Source of the DNA: Candidatus Moraniibacteriota bacterium | GTDB taxonomy: Bacteria > Patescibacteriota > Minisyncoccia > Moranbacterales > GCA-2747515 | Assembly: GCA_027031495.1 (NCBI GenBank) | Contig: JALVQA010000006.1 | Coordinates: 81,535-145,534, forward strand | Direction: 5' to 3' | DNA length: 64,000 nt | Shown here: positions 63,401 through 64,000 of the stretch, in pieces | Layout of the letters: every line of letters starts with the position of its first letter | Numbering within the stretch: position 1 is the first letter of the stretch | Translations under genes and position numbers: made by a program | Notes under the pieces: model-generated | Told to the model about the DNA's origin: nothing | What the model saw: only the letters and a program-made list of their open reading frames with translations | Database searches by the model: none

Positions 63401-64000
63401 ATCATTGAGGCGGTTTTCAAAGTTGGACAACCATGACTGCAATCGTCCGCCAACAAGTGTACGGTAATCTGCCCAATTTATACGAAGAAATTCCACATCC
63501 TTTGCAACAGGAATTTTAGTAGCATACTCATGAACACGTTCGGCTAAACGTCTCAAATAGTGTGGATTCTGCGCGAAAAATGCCGGGTTTCCACGCGCTA
63601 TAAGAGATGTCGCATCTTCTACCGATGCGCGAAAAGTTTCTAGTGCATCACCCCAAAGATTGCTTAGTGCATTTTGATTATCTGCAACGCCAGCAAGACT
63701 TTGAATTGTTCGCATGCCGCTCGTTTGGTGCATTGCCGGCAACAGATGTTCAAAATAAGCAGTGTAGATATCAATTGGCTGTACGCATCGCGTGGATAAA
63801 AGCTCTTCACTCATTGGGAGAATAATGAACGTGTTTTTATCTTGTTTGACAGCAATGGGATTTGTTATACCGAATATTTTTTGCAACCCCTCGCCATCAA
63901 CAACATTGTGTTTGCGGGCATATGCAACAAATGCATCATTGATCTGTTTGATTATCGGATAGTCTCCTATATTATCTTTCGTAACTCTGTCCTCTGTAAA
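60428..64000 (-). CDS. cas12d: Type V effector, Cas12d (CasY)-like; 5' end outside the window (>1190 aa)
   Basis: WADYR..GGRLQSWLSNF, TSRVQKQFL, RuvC-I LGIDLGEYG, RNQIHALAL, RuvC-II IYEDSVDGFESG, CRAC/CQYC, RuvC-III DADEQAAQNIA; frame has no stop from 63887 to 64000. Confidence 0.88.
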   Translation of the reverse strand, partial: FTEDRVTKDNIGDYPIIKQINDAFVAYARKHNVVDGEGLQKIFGITNPIAVKQDKNTFIILPMSEELLSTRCVQPIDIYTAYFEHLLPAMHQTSGMRTIQSLAGVADNQNALSNLWGDALETFRASVEDATSLIARGNPAFFAQNPHYLRRLAERVHEYATKIPVAKDVEFLRINWADYRTLVGGRLQSWLSNFENRLNDYEAHLVENTEGDTRKNARTHRAIFDTIAKTAYRRLFPQEQVMNFELLRELQPRLAEALQKRSKNLGKLLDDYTDVLQEFREFLAKWNNEGVPIHNNTDEKELFGDVFDAIVDRKKKKSEAKESTRDTDQNIIGFWKKAMIPSALERYPRFIKQAQRDPAKIIENAAEELVDLVLAGQDLITTAHQRNLLSNEDREHLRTEWFGQEYRKNGRAHALKTLERLKDLALRMRDGAPVWAFLERYIDWDAINNHEKSDDLKKWWHTKDRRFLRFLVTPYHRFHYTPMPLRENLLYDPKTFLHDFGVTFKLNQLTDKRIIKDLFYLNQPQKPINIDGGELLKIYWGLQLRWLPKNIHLPSERPQWRILRERKLANLLYSNPQNGTVRSDDMPRTHFQRFVAAAIGTEIRGKLSLLSRTSYIDRVVLQVTNGEQSILEYIPLSWGEMSFTEKSDDDLRQMTAPQRRRYRRAQKRLKKRFAQQKQLSTEAQNILRTQDIDTTSEPQEIATHIWQRLKTTSASDARALTRVLGELPHRWAMILCTKLPIEGLSQVNSGLFFEKSQKKSVFKPKHVSRASVNGTIGGYYYYRLPLETSRVQKQFLERFLWGDRTEQLVESIQGGSIIYEQVQNVHRDTDGAVQIIPGKQTLYWALPFSIAKGDGDRHGEVVEETRCLEGANICLRNADGKNQKQYRREQMLLGIDLGEYGFGYAVFDPRTEQFVESSFIEVPYLEQMRAEAASWRDTQSAGLFTRPTTHLAKIRELAAGTVRNQIHALALKYNAIPIYEDSVDGFESGGQRIAKLYKTLKTADIISGTSNEADAAVRAHIWGVKYAQIGAVIGAAKTSQTCRACGYCTTYEVERYFRENNNNQSIIVTNNALHLTFSDGTDAHVRCNLSDDTYTLREILAAIHLAQRTENEENYGRGQKAQFHCQYCGASCDADEQAAQNIALKYYFKLVATEEELVACTEKGILSTLKLFMLKSPQFAKRHVTESTTD

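Noticed and set aside
60428-63886. 1152-aa ORF taken as the complete effector, or as TnpB/Cas12a/Cas12e
   Set aside because: The frame stays open to the window edge, so TTG 63886 is internal; size and motifs fit Cas12d, and the repeat lacks the Cas12a AATTTCTACT...GTAGAT handle

Overview
Chromosomal segment of a Patescibacteria/CPR-like bacterium (inferred from a divergent, unlinked 16S rRNA with an insertion; an intact RF2 implies the standard code). It has three zones. (1) 1-29.6 kb: housekeeping genes, almost all on the + strand (ftsZ, split comEC, 16S rRNA, 5 tRNAs, U32 protein, DEAD-box helicase, rplU, glyA, prfB, ftsEX, glycosyltransferases). (2) 30.2-57.4 kb: an apparently complete ~27 kb HK97-type siphovirus-like prophage on the - strand, bounded by two 11-6-11 dif-like sites. 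It encodes a Xer-like integrase, a circularly permuted M23 lysin fused to a holin-like segment, a frameshifted tail chaperone and four repeated promoter-terminator leaders. (3) 57.6-64 kb: a type V CRISPR-Cas locus whose effector (5' end outside the window) carries Cas12d/CasY motifs. Unlike described Cas12d loci, it has cas4-cas1-cas2, 37-nt repeats, 33-34-nt spacers and a structured RNA with a 19-nt anti-repeat plus a 5-nt repeat-end complement. This tracrRNA-type Cas12d system is the best candidate for an undescribed system. All family assignments come from motif recognition by eye; no searches were run.
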